Position numbers and translations under genes: made by a program. A stretch of 57,970 nucleotides of DNA from Moniliella sp. 'wahieum' (lineage: Eukaryota): assembly GCA_003971905.1 (NCBI GenBank), contig RSEE01000118.1, positions 124,001 to 181,970 on the forward strand, in the 5' to 3' direction. The number at the start of each line of letters is the position of its first letter. Positions within the stretch are counted from its first letter, which is position 1. The notes beneath the pieces are model-generated. The model ran no database searches. It had not been told where the DNA came from and saw nothing but the letters and a program-made list of their open reading frames with translations. Positions 1 through 10,795 of this stretch are shown piece by piece.

Positions 1-127
1 CCTTGGGCTCCTGAGTTCCGAGTCCCTAGACGGCGAATCTAACTGGACATCCATTCACTCATGTACACTTCCCCACACCAAGGGCTGGAAGGGCATTGAA
101 AGAGCCTTATCCTTCATCAGGACAGAT

Positions 128-220
128 GGCATCGTGGTGTAGTTGGTTATCACGTATCCTTAACAGTGGCCCTGTGCCGGTTAACGGATAAGGTCCTCGG
201 TTCGATCCCGGGCGAAGTCA
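128..220 (+). tRNA. tRNA-Val (anticodon AAC) with 19-nt intron at 37/38 (166-184)
   Basis: Hand-folded cloverleaf: acceptor GGCATCG/CGAAGTC-A, D arm GTGTAGTTGGTTATCAC, anticodon stem TATCC/GGATA around TT-AAC-A, T arm CTCGG-TTCGATC-CCGGG. The intron contains GTTA, complementary to the anticodon. A T6 run follows. Confidence 0.93.
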
Positions 221-221
221 C

Positions 222-227
222 TTTTTT
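222..227 (+). terminator. RNA polymerase III terminator (T6) of tRNA-Val
   Basis: TTTTTT one base after the discriminator. Confidence 0.8.
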
Positions 228-388
228 GGCCGGCAAAATGCATGTCGCGCAGCTAGCGATGTGCGTGGTTAGAAGAGGCCGCTGTCTAAGGCAATGATCG
301 ATAGCCTGGAAGAACCTGTGTGCCCTGGTATGTTTGGCATTGCGATGGATTCAAGGCGTGGCGCCAGGTGTGGGATCGTTGACGAAGA

Positions 389-2221
389 TTAAGCCAACTG
401 GGCAATGGTAAAGTAACCCATGATGGTGGAAAAGAGGCGGAGCCTGCGCAAGCGGTCGGAGAAGAGGTCGCTTGGGCTGACGCCGTCCTCGGAGGTGGAG
501 CCCATCTGGGCCTGCAGCGCTTTGTCCAGCCACGGCGGCGGTGGGACAAAGGGCAAGAGGCAGTCGGTGGTAGATTCGTTGGCGCGTTCCAGTTCGGCGA
601 CAGCCTTTTCGGATTGCACGCCTTCGCCCCTCTTGGCTGCCCATTCGGCTTTTGTCGTGCGGTGACAAAGTGGCGGTGGTGAGTGAGGCTAAAGGGCGCT
701 GCCTCGATGGCTAGAACGCTGTACCGTTGGCCATCAAACGTCATGTTGCGCGCCGAACGGAGCACCTCCTTGGCCACTTCCACCCCGACCGATTGCACCA
801 AGGTATCGAACCGCACGTCGGACAGAAACGAGCGGAGGGTATCCGTGTGGGTGGAAACGCGCGAGATGGCTGCCACGCTGGTTTCAAACGTCGGCACGTC
901 CGCCGGCACAGCAAGGTTGTAACGGCCGGGCTCTGCATAAAAAACCCGCTCCCTCTTGCCCGGTGTGCGCGCCAAGGGCAACGTCCTGTTCAGACTCGAC
1001 GTCGTGGGCTCAATCAGCAGCGCCACCCCACCCCACCCACACTCTCGGCCGCACCGGGATCAATGTCGGTCGGGCGCCGGTCCAGCCGACGTTGTCGTCG
1101 GTTGCTTCGTTCGACAATCAAGTTTTTCAACCGAACGTCCGGCCCGGCCGGCTGGGCCGCCCGGCCGCGCGGAGACAAGTTGGACCGGCCCGCAGTAATC
1201 TCGGCGAGGCGTTGGCTGACCTTGGCCAATTCTTGGGGCACGATGCCCAGGCTGCCTGGCCGGAGCCAGTTGGGCCGAGCGTCCTGCGCGGACCAAGGTG
1301 ACTTTTCAAGCGGAATGGAGCGCATGCCCAGCGCAAATTGCTTCGGATCCTGCGGGGAGAGGGTGACAAACGCTTCGCGAAACTCGCCGCCATCGCGTGC
1401 AGCTAGGCGAACGGGAAGACCAGAAAGGTAGTCCTGGGCAAAGACCATGGTCCAGTACTCGGCGTGAGAGGAACCTCGTCGAGGGAACTAAACCATTGAA
1501 TATACAATTCGTGTCGTTGCGGTGGCGGCATGATCTGTCCCGGCTCGATCAGCACCAGTTTGCGGCCCCAGGAATCGGTCACGCGGCGCAGGTTGGACGC
1601 CCTGGCTTGCCTTCGGGCGGGATTGGGCTCGACCAGCTGAATCATCCGCAGCGACGATTCCAGCGAGTCAAACGTGCCACACGTCATCACCACCAGTTCC
1701 GGCAGCACCGATTCGTCCGGGAAGGGAAATACAAGGCGGGAACCGAGGCCAACGGGCTCGCCTCGGTCGGAGCAGCGAATGCGATAGGAAAGGTTGTTCA
1801 AGCTGAAAAAAAGGCTATCGACATGGCAAGAGCAACGGGTCCATACGTGTCGGACGACCAATCCCTCTGGAGGGCAGTGTCGGAAAGATCGCCGGTATGC
1901 CAGCCCACCGCTCGAGGGAGCGCGTCGTTGATGGTCTGCATGAATCGATCGACGGGCATCGGGCCATCGGTACGAATCATTCTGAGAAGCTCTGCATTGA
2001 GTGTTTCCTCCGACATGACCGGCAAGCGTGCTCGCTTGACCGGCATCGAACCATTGTCATCGTGCACGAGGCCGCGAGCTCGTTGGCGGGCTTGCTTGAG
2101 GTTTTCCTTGGCTTTCTTGAGATCGGAAGACTTGGTAGCATACCTTCGGCGGGGGCGGGGGCAGCACAAGACGGCGAGCACCCGCCCGAACAGCCAATGG
2201 GCGTATCGGGCAGCTCAGCAT
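389..2221 (-). CDS. Divergent NDUFAF7/MidA-family (SAM-dependent arginine methyltransferase-like) protein, probably mitochondrial; several assembly frameshifts
   Basis: Ordered fragments resemble family motifs: LLRMIRTDGPMPVDRFMQ (I..GP.....YM), IQLVEPNPARRQ (LVE.SP.LR), IQWFSSLDEVP, VFAQDYLSGLPV...FREAFV (AHEFFDALP...WRE..V), PGRYNLAVPAD (PG..DLTA.VDF). The Arg-rich N-terminus ending RRYAT looks like a presequence. Confidence 0.65.
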
Positions 2222-2868
2222 GGGCGGGGGAGGTATTGAGGGAGAAGACACGGCAGGATGGCGATTGCGCCGCTGCGTGCATCCGCCGAGTGTTTCAACG
2301 GGCCGACAGCAGACGGGAGGTGGTTGGCAATGATTCATTTGATTCCGCCATTAGGAATTTCAATTTACCCCATTGCCCTTGTCGACCCACTCAATGGGAG
2401 CTGAGTGTTCACCATACCTGGGTGCCTCAGTCGCACTGTCAGTGCCGCAGCTCGCGCCCTTTCTTGCATTGCGTGCCTGAGAAGAGATGGTGGGAGATAA
2501 TTGGACACATCCTATGCTACCGCCCCAGATTGGACAAGATGCGCGACAGCATGCAGCGATTCGCAGCAGAGGAACGGCCACGTGTGTCCAACCCTGAAAT
2601 CTGGTGCCAGCGGAGGACAGGGAGCGTGGGGGAGGGGGAGGGGGTGCGTATGGGGGCGTTGTGCTTCGGCTGGCGGATGGTCCGGGAGAGGTGATGGGGT
2701 GATGGGGTGATGTGCCGATGGCTGTGTGGGGGATGCTTGGCGAGAGAGGGGGTGGGTGAAAGTTGCACTTTGCTGCCGCGGGCGGATGCACTGGTACTGA
2801 CGGGTGATGCCTGGTGTGTGATGTGGGCGTGGACACGTGACATGGGGAGGAGAGGGGCGTGCCGCCAA

Positions 2869-2932
2869 GGCTGGGCGGCTGGGCGGCTGGGCGGCTGGGC
2901 GGCTGGGCGGCTGGGCGGCTGGGCGGCTGGGC
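2869..2932. repeat. Perfect 8-bp tandem repeat (GGCTGGGC)x8
   Basis: Read directly from the sequence. Confidence 0.95.
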
Positions 2933-3121
2933 GCGGGGCCGAAGCGCAGCTGGAGCTGAGGCGGACACTGGCCCACTGGCTGCGTCTGCTATGCAAGCCA
3001 TCCCTCCTCCAATCTCAGTCACCGCTTCTCCCTCAGCCTTCGTCTTCACCTCCACCTCCATCTCCACCTCCACCCGCCTCACCCTCCCCGACCCTCGTCC
3101 TCCTTGGGTTTGCCGCCCCCG

Positions 3122-4970
3122 ATGGCCAGTCCACACCCATCCGACGCCCTGCCGCGCGCAGCGCCCGCCCCCACGCCGCGCCCTCTCGCCCCGCCAGCAG
3201 CCTCACCCACCCCACCACCCACACCCCACACCGACAGCAGCACCCGCACCACTGTCCCTGCTGCGCGCCACTCGTGCGCCGACCCCGCGTCGCTGCTCAC
3301 GCCCACCCCCCTTGCCGCCCCCGAACAGCAAGTCTTTTCCCCCAGCACTTTTCCCGCCACGCCCACCGCACCGACTGCTTGGCGCGCCGCAACCGATCCA
3401 ACGTCTCCCTCCCGGCCTTGGCGCGTTGGGATGCGGCGTCCCATTCGACCGGACTGGATGCCCCCCGCTTCGTCTCGTCCGCCGGCTGGCTCGGTGCGCC
3501 CCTCGTTGCCGACCCCGATGCCGATGCTGATGCCGATGCTGATGCCGATGCCGATGCCGATGCCGATGCCGATGCCGATTCGGATGCTGGCATGGATGCC
3601 GCGCAGCGAGAGGAGCTGCTGCTGCTGGACAATGTGTCCCTTTCGGATGCGACGTCGGCATCGGATGCGGGGCTTGGACGGGCGCTGGGCGATGACCCGT
3701 CGTGCGAGACGCTCGGCACCGCCCTCTCGTCGGTTTCCCTAGCTTCGACTGTGTCGAGTCAGGTTTCCGACAGCTCCCTGACCCCGCGATTTCCGGCGGC
3801 CGCGCACACAAGCGCCGTTCCTGCTCGCCCCAAGACAAGGTGAGAGAGAAGAAAAGGGAAAGTGAAGAAAGTGAGGCGCGTGTCGATGCCGCGGTCCCGC
3901 CACCCCCTCCGGTGGTGGACTTTAGTATGCTCCCGTTCCGCAGGCAGAGGCCGAGGAGGCTGAGCACGATGCGCGGGCGGGGCGGGCGGTACCGCTTGCA
4001 GAGGAAGGCCGAGGCTGGGAACGCGGTGGTGTACAAGGAAGAAGGTGTGGCGGTGCGCTTGGCGACGCTGTTGACGGGCAAGACGGTTGTGATGTTACCT
4101 TCGAGCTGGGGCTGTGCCACGTTCCACAAACTGCTCAAGGAACTGACTCAGCTCCGTCCCCAGCCCTGGCCCGCGCGGGCCTCTCGCTCCTGGTGGTAGG
4201 ACCGGGCTCGGTTCGCGACATGGCAGCGTTCCAACGTACCCTGTCGGTCCCGTTGACGCTGTGCGCCGACCCGAAGCGCGCGCGCAGCAGCGCTCGGTCT
4301 CGACCTCGACACGGACCCGCTCGCATTGGCCCCGCGCCAAGTGAAGAGCACGCCCAACTTGCGCCGCTTGCGTGGGTCGCCGGCAGTCGGCCGATGCAGG
4401 GCGGCCTCTTGGTCCTGGGCCCCGGGCTGGAATGTAGCTTTGCGCTGCTGCCCGTGACGCCGCAGGAACTGGATCTGCCCGCGCTGCTACTGCGATTGGG
4501 GTGCAGGAAGCACGGCACGGGCGAGCGGGGGGCGTGGCCAAGCCCCGGTCGGGCTCGCCGAAAGAACGCGGAGGGCTGTTGCACGAGTCGAAGCAACGGC
4601 TTACGTCTCTGTTGGGCGGCGCTGGCGTGCCCTTGGCCCGCCGCCGGCTCTGGAGAGCATGACCAACTTTTCTGAGCCCATGTGCAACCCCGACCCATTT
4701 GCCGCGCCGTTGGACAAGCCCAGCGACGTGCTCCCGCCGCACCTTGGCGGCACCGCGCGCCGTCGTGGGAGCGTGCCGCGGCCGCGGCGCCGTTGCTGGT
4801 CCAGCAGCCGAGCCGAGGCAAGCTCTCTGTGCGCCAACTCACCACCGCTGCGCTCCAACGATGCAAATGCCGTGAAGCGCCGCGCAGCCCACCCGAGCCA
4901 TGCCCGGCGAGGCGAGAGGAGCGCGCCAAAGACGAGCGTGCATTGCTTTGCATCAGGATCAGTTTCGTGA
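3122..4970 (+). CDS. Peroxiredoxin-like 2 / AhpC-TSA_2 thioredoxin-fold protein with long low-complexity termini (frameshifted)
   Basis: VVYKEEGVAVRLATLLTGKTVVML..WGC..., LLVVGPGSVRDMAAF...LCADPKR and QGGLLVLGPGLECSFA resemble the fungal AhpC-TSA_2 pattern (V...G..V.F..L....T.V.F.RHF.C; V.G.G; ADP.R; GGEF..GPG..C.F.H). Start and end are uncertain. Confidence 0.55.
3517..3579 (+). repeat. Hexanucleotide repeat (GATGCC/GATGCT)n encoding a poly-Asp-Ala tract
   Basis: About 10 copies, read directly. Confidence 0.9.
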
Positions 4971-5169
4971 TCGTTTTGCTTTTTCTTTTTCTTGGTTGCG
5001 CCTCGGCCTGTCGTGTTCTCGTGCTGCCGCTCGTGTGGCACGCTCTCCCACCATCCTCGGCCGTTCGGAGCAGCTCATGCTCATGTCCCACTGAGATGCG
5101 TCTATTATTACTCCCCTCTGCTTGCGTCGATGGCTACCCACCACCTACCCCCTTACCCCCCATGCACAC

Positions 5170-5276
5170 TATGCACACTCCTCGCTAATCCACACCACAC
5201 CACACCCTTGCACGCCTCGCTAATCCATGCCCATGCACGCCTCGCTAATACATGCCCATGCCCGCCTCGCTAATAC
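5170..5276. repeat. Imperfect ~25-bp minisatellite with core CCTCGCTAAT (4 copies)
   Basis: Core starts at 5180, 5215, 5240 and 5265. Confidence 0.85.
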
Positions 5277-7782
5277 CCTGCCCATATATCATGCCCCCCT
5301 TGCCATAGACCTTCCTGGACGGCTGTGGTCCTGTTGGGTTGCAACAGGCAGCTAGCTGCCAGGGACGCCAACATCCAAAGTGGGATTCCCGCCTGGTGGC
5401 TTTGCTGACGAGATCACATCAGATGGACGACAACCTGAGCGCCTGAGCCCAACCCTCGTCGTGCTTTCTCTGGACTTGAGCTGACGTTCTTCCCTTTTTG
5501 TGGCCAGAGAATGCTCTAGCTTTTGTCACTTCACGTTCAAGCTGGGGCAGCAGTGCCAACGATTGAGATGAACGCGAACATACCAAGTAGGAGTACTAGA
5601 CTCGGAGTGAAGATGAGGCTCTCGCCCTCAGCGAGGCAAATAGGGGAAACACGGCCCCACCAATCTGTCCCGGCCTGCTTGCGTCTCTCTCTGGCTTCTA
5701 ACTAAACTAGTAACTGTCAGATCCAATCCCGCTTTCCCATGGGAGCCCTCGGGCCGATTGCCTACACCCCATAATTGTGCACCCCGGTAGAGGAAGGCGT
5801 ACCTACTACTCCCGATGCGTGCACACACTCTCAGCCTTAGTTCCCACCACTCTGCGCGTGCGCCCAGAACCAGGACCGGGAGCGACAAGCGTTGGTCCAA
5901 CTGTCGACCCGTGTTGCATCGCATCCCACCGAGGCGCCACGCGGGGGGAAGGGAGCACGCGCGGTGGATGCAACCTCTGGCGGAGGCCTCAACCATTGCA
6001 TCAACCCATCGTCCGGTCGAGAAGGCGGACGGGGGTAAGCGGAGGGAAAAGCGATAACAGGATTCGGTGCTCACGGCTCACGCGCTCACGCGTCACGTGC
6101 CCGCAGGCGCACTGCCCTGGGCTTGTGGCCAACCAGTCCGGCAACCAATCGAACCGGTCCGGTCATGGTCATCGGTCATCGATCATCTCTGCCCCGAGCT
6201 CGAGGCCCAGCAAACGTTCTGTGGTGACCGGTGACGGTGAGCCTCACCGCTCAGGCTGAGCAGTGCTGAGATCTGAGAAAAGATGTTCTGGGAGCGAGAG
6301 ACAACTAAGGCATCACGGGTCACCTGCATCACCCATTTTCTGGATTGTTCGGCTGCTATCGAAGCGATGGCGGAGTTCCAAGCGACCAGTAAGGGCTGAG
6401 CTCAGCGCTGAGGGCCCTGAGGCGGAGCCTGGGCAGCGCGTGACGAGATAACTGCGCGTGGGGAGTCGGGGGAGAAGGTAGGAATCGCTCGGCGCGAGGC
6501 GATTCCAGCGCAGTGCCATCTTGTCGGTGCTGGTTGGGGGCTGAGGCGCTAAGACCAACAGAAAGGAAGGGCGAACAGGACGGGTGGCACGTGGTGGGGC
6601 GGTGGCAGGGGGGGAGTGTGCGGTGCGGCCAGCTACGCCGCCGTCTTAGTGTCGCCGGCTGCTGCTGAGCGCGGGTGCGCTGGGGTGCGTGCATCATGCA
6701 TCAGAGGGCGCATGGGATGTGTGAAGGTGGCATTGTGACGAGCCGAGCGCGGGGGCGGTGATTATCGATTACGTAGGACGCAGTTATCGTGCTGATATCG
6801 ATACGCAGTATCTGGGGATCGGGATTGGGGATCGATGATCGGTGCATCAGCACATCATGCAGCACGCATCAGCACCCAAGCAGTGGTGGCAGATGGCAGA
6901 CCGCATCTGGCCTCTTCGGCGGGCTTCTGTTGCAAATCTGTCCGCGCGGGGGGCTGGCCAGGAGCGCTTCTTGGGTCTTGGTTGGATCTTCTGGTCTTCC
7001 AGCGAGGCTCGCTGGGCGTGTGGATGGATGGTGTTGCGCCAGGCAGTGCGGCGCAGGATGGGTGCGCCGTCTGAGCATGGGGGAAGACGTGCGTGCTGGC
7101 AGGTGCTGGTATATGATAGCTGGGATCATGGTGGCCTGCGAGCAGTACGTAGGGCAGCAGCACTTGATTGCGAAACAGGACAGTGGGCCAGGGTGCTGCG
7201 CAGCGCCATGCATCATGCATCACACTCAGTACTCACTCCTCCCTAGTGGGCGCGTGCGCAGCGAGCACGAGCTGACGCGGCCATCAGTACTCAGGCGGCG
7301 CACGGGGCAGCGAGACAGGCAGGCGCACAACACCAGTGTCCCCCCCATCCGCCACGCGTGGCAGTGCGTAGCAGTGCTGGCCAGACCGATGCTCCATCCA
7401 CCGCCCACGGCCCCAGCAGGCCCGTGGACAGACCCTGCGTCCAGACATAAATACCCCACCCTCTCCCCAAACAGCAGCCTTCTCCTGCCCCCTGCCCCCC
7501 TTCCCCTCCCTTCGTTGCCCCCCCCCCCCCCACCCCACCCGCGCTTTCTCGCCCGTCTTCGCCACCACCTTGTGCATTCCAGGCCCCACCCGATCCAACC
7601 AGCCTGCCCGAGTGTCCTGCTTCCCACTGTGGTACCTCGCTCCCCGTTCCCGCCCGTCCGCCCTCGACGGCGATGCCGATGAGGAGCCTGGTATAGGTGC
7701 CTGTCATCGCTCTTTCAATCATCCTGCTCATCCATCCATTCGTCTGTGTCTCTGTCGCAGCACACTCTCCGTATCGCACACC

Positions 7783-10473
7783 ATGCCCTACTCCTCGCCA
7801 CCACACCCTGCTTGTCGTCAGCTGTGCCCATGTCGTCCACGCCGCCCCGCTCCCTGGTGCTGCACCACTGCCGCCCCCGTGACCCGCCCTGCCCTTTCCA
7901 TGTTCTCTCGTTCATCTCCTTCCTCTGGAAGCACATCCTCATCCTCTGACGATTCGGGCCTCTCAAAAGCCAAAAGGCCTCTTATGGCATTGTTGTCCCT
8001 ATTCTCATTGTTCTATCTGGCATCTTTGTGGCCTCACATCGGGTACATGTCGCTCGACGAGACCCAGCTTGCTGTTCTCGCTGCTCAGGGCAGCCCCAAA
8101 GAGCAAGATGCCGCACGCAAAATCATGCCCATCCGCAAGGACGGCCACTTGCTCTTAACCACAACTGCTGATCGCTAACATGATCACCAACGAGGTGCGT
8201 ACTAACCCTCCTAGTTTCTGTACTTTGCTACCCCCGTCCCCGTGTTCTCTCTCTCTGGAGGCACCTGCGTTGCGACCGTTGCGGTGGGTTTGTACAGACG
8301 CTTCCGATCGTTGCCGATCCTCTTTGGGTGGGGGTGGAAAGCAGTTCTCTTCTCGATTGTCGTGATTGTCGTCTTTGCCGAGCTCATCCCACAGTCGGTT
8401 TGCAGCCGGTACGGTCTGATGGTCGGCCCAAGATGGCGTATCCGACGCGCGCGGTTATTATTTTGCTCTGGCCCGTTGCCTATCCTGTCTCGGCATTTTG
8501 CACTGGCTGGGTCCTCATCAGGGCATCATCTACCGTCGCTCTGAGCTCAAGGAGCTGGTTGGCATCCATGCTGCCACTGGTGGCCACGGTGGCGACCTTA
8601 GGGCGACACGGTTCTGATTGTTGGCGGCGCGCTGGACCTGCAAGCCAAAACGGTACGGGTTGCCATGACGCGATATCCAAGAGGTGTTCATGCTGCCCAT
8701 TACAGCCAAGCAGACTACCCCACGTTGGGGCGTGTGCTGAATTCGGGCCACAGTCGGGTTCCGATCTATGTCGACGACTCGGCCGAAGCCCGGGAGGCGT
8801 TTGCGGCCCACAGCTTGGTCAAGCCCGCCTATGCAGACCGGTAGTTTCGCTTGATTTCTCACTTCATCCCTCTCGATGGAAAAAGAAAGACAACCATGGC
8901 GTCGTTGGCATATGGCCCGAGGCAACCCCGACAACCCACCGACGAGTTGTCGGCCGATCCGTCGGACCCCAAGGGAGATGCGACGGCTATCGAAGCTGGT
9001 GGCACGGGACGGTGCGTCATACGTCGAAGCGTATCATTGGTACCCTGTTGGTCAAGTGTGCGTCTTGTGGACCCGGAAGATGGGGTGCCTTACGTGAGAT
9101 GTTGATCAATGAGATGCCCACGGTCCCGGCCAACGAAAGTCTTCTTCATTTGCTCAACGTCTTTCAGCAGGGCCGCAGTCATATGGCGGTCGTGTCGCGG
9201 GCTCATGCCGTCGATGCGTCGCACGCGACGGCCGGTGGCCGCGAAGCAATGCCCGTGCCCGAGACCAAAGAGACAGACTGGGCCCAAGTTCCCGACAGGG
9301 CGTGAGCGCCGACCCGGAAAAGGCCCCTAGCGAGGAAAATGAGGTGCGCCTGTCTCGCTGGCAGCAGTGGTCGCGTCGCGCCCGGTTCTGGCAACGGAGC
9401 CCTTCGGAGGACAATTGCGTCGGTGGCGTCGAATGCGCGCACGGGGCCGTGACGGATGCCGTGTCGGAATTGGATGGGGAATTTGACTTGATTCAAGACG
9501 AATTGGCCGAGGAGGAGGAGGAAGGCAGTGGCGCGGCGGACGAGCCGCTGGGCATCATTACGTTGGAGGATGTGCTGGAGGAGATGCTGGGATCGGAGAT
9601 TTGGGACGAGTATGACGAGATTGGACCGTCGCACAATGCAGTCACGGCCATGCACCCTTCTGTCCTCTCTTCGGCTGGCTTGACCTCGGCGCGGGCCAGC
9701 CAGGACCTGTCCTTCTCCTCCCTTCGCCCTGGCGCGGCGGCAGCAGCGGTACGACGGTCACGCCTCGTGTAGGTCCCTCGGTGTCTGGCACGACGGGCGA
9801 AGCCGGACCGGCGGCACGCCACTGGCCACCTCGGGCAGTCGACGCGGGAAGTCTTGTCGCTGCCGCCAAGTCTGATGGCGCCTGCGCTGTCGAGACTGTT
9901 GGCGCCGCTGCGACGTACGCCGAGCCAACGGGATACGGCGTCAGAGACGGACGCAGCGGGCGTGGTGGGCGTTGCCGATCCGCCCCAAGCAGCTATTGGA
10001 ACCAAGTCCCCTGCGCCCTCGTCCACGCCTACCCCGGCCCCGGCCCCGGGCCCCGCCGTACCGGGCACGACGCCCGCGCCGTCAGCAGTGACGTACAAGA
10101 TGACGCGGCCGCACAGTGGGGAGAAGCGGATGGGCTTGGCGCGTGTAATGCCTTCCCATGCGCATGCGCATGCGCATACGCTCGGGCGACCCCCCGGGTG
10201 CCCTCTCGGCTTCGCTCCCTTCGACCCCTGTCGCCATGGCCAGCGGGAGTGGGAGCGGCACGCCGCGCGCCCAGTCGCCCGCCGCACACGGGTGATGCAC
10301 GTGCCCGTCGGGTCGAGCAGTGCGACGGCGAATGCTGCGGCGGTCACGGCCGCCGCGGCCGCGACGGCGCGCGGTCGTGCTCCCGATGTCATCCCGGCCG
10401 TCTTGCTCCCCGTCGCCACTGCGGGCGCTCCTGCGGCACAGCCGCCGGCGCCGCCAAGGACAATAAGAACTAA
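7783..10473 (+). CDS. MAM3: CNNM/MAM3-family DUF21 + CBS-domain metal homeostasis membrane protein (intron 8195-8297; frameshifted; ends approximate)
   Basis: GYMSLDETQLAVLAAQGSPKEQDAARKIMPIRKDGHLLLTT, IANMITNE|TLPIV, VFAELIPQSVCSRYGL, LLNVFQQGRSHMAVV and PLGIITLEDVLEEMLGSEIWDEYD are hallmark CNNM motifs. Confidence 0.9.
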
Positions 10474-10654
10474 GGCAGGCCAAGCTTGTAACGTATTAGT
10501 GCGGTATGTGTGCACCAAGGCTGCTTCTTGTTGGACGGATGGACCAGCTCCCCCCCCCCCCCCCCTAACACACTGCGTGCCTCGCCGGTACTTCGGTACC
10601 GTGAAGCTTGAAGTGAGGTGCGGGGGGGCGGGTTTGTGGATTTCGGTCTTGTTG

Positions 10655-10795
10655 GTCTCTGTCTCGTTTCTCTCTTTTTCTCCTTTTCTCCTTTTCTCGT
10701 TTCTACTTTCTCCTTTTCTCGTTTCTGGTTTCTCTTTTTCCTCTTTTTCCCCTTTTTTGTCCCGCACACTCGTCGTGCCCCCCTTTTTCCTGCTT
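10655..10795 (+). repeat. Polypyrimidine (C/T-rich) low-complexity tract
   Basis: About 140 bp of mostly T and C just 3' of MAM3. Confidence 0.75.

Noticed and set aside
5170..5276. CRISPR-like repeat-spacer array
   Set aside because: The core is only 10 nt, the linkers resemble each other, there are no cas genes, and the context is eukaryotic.
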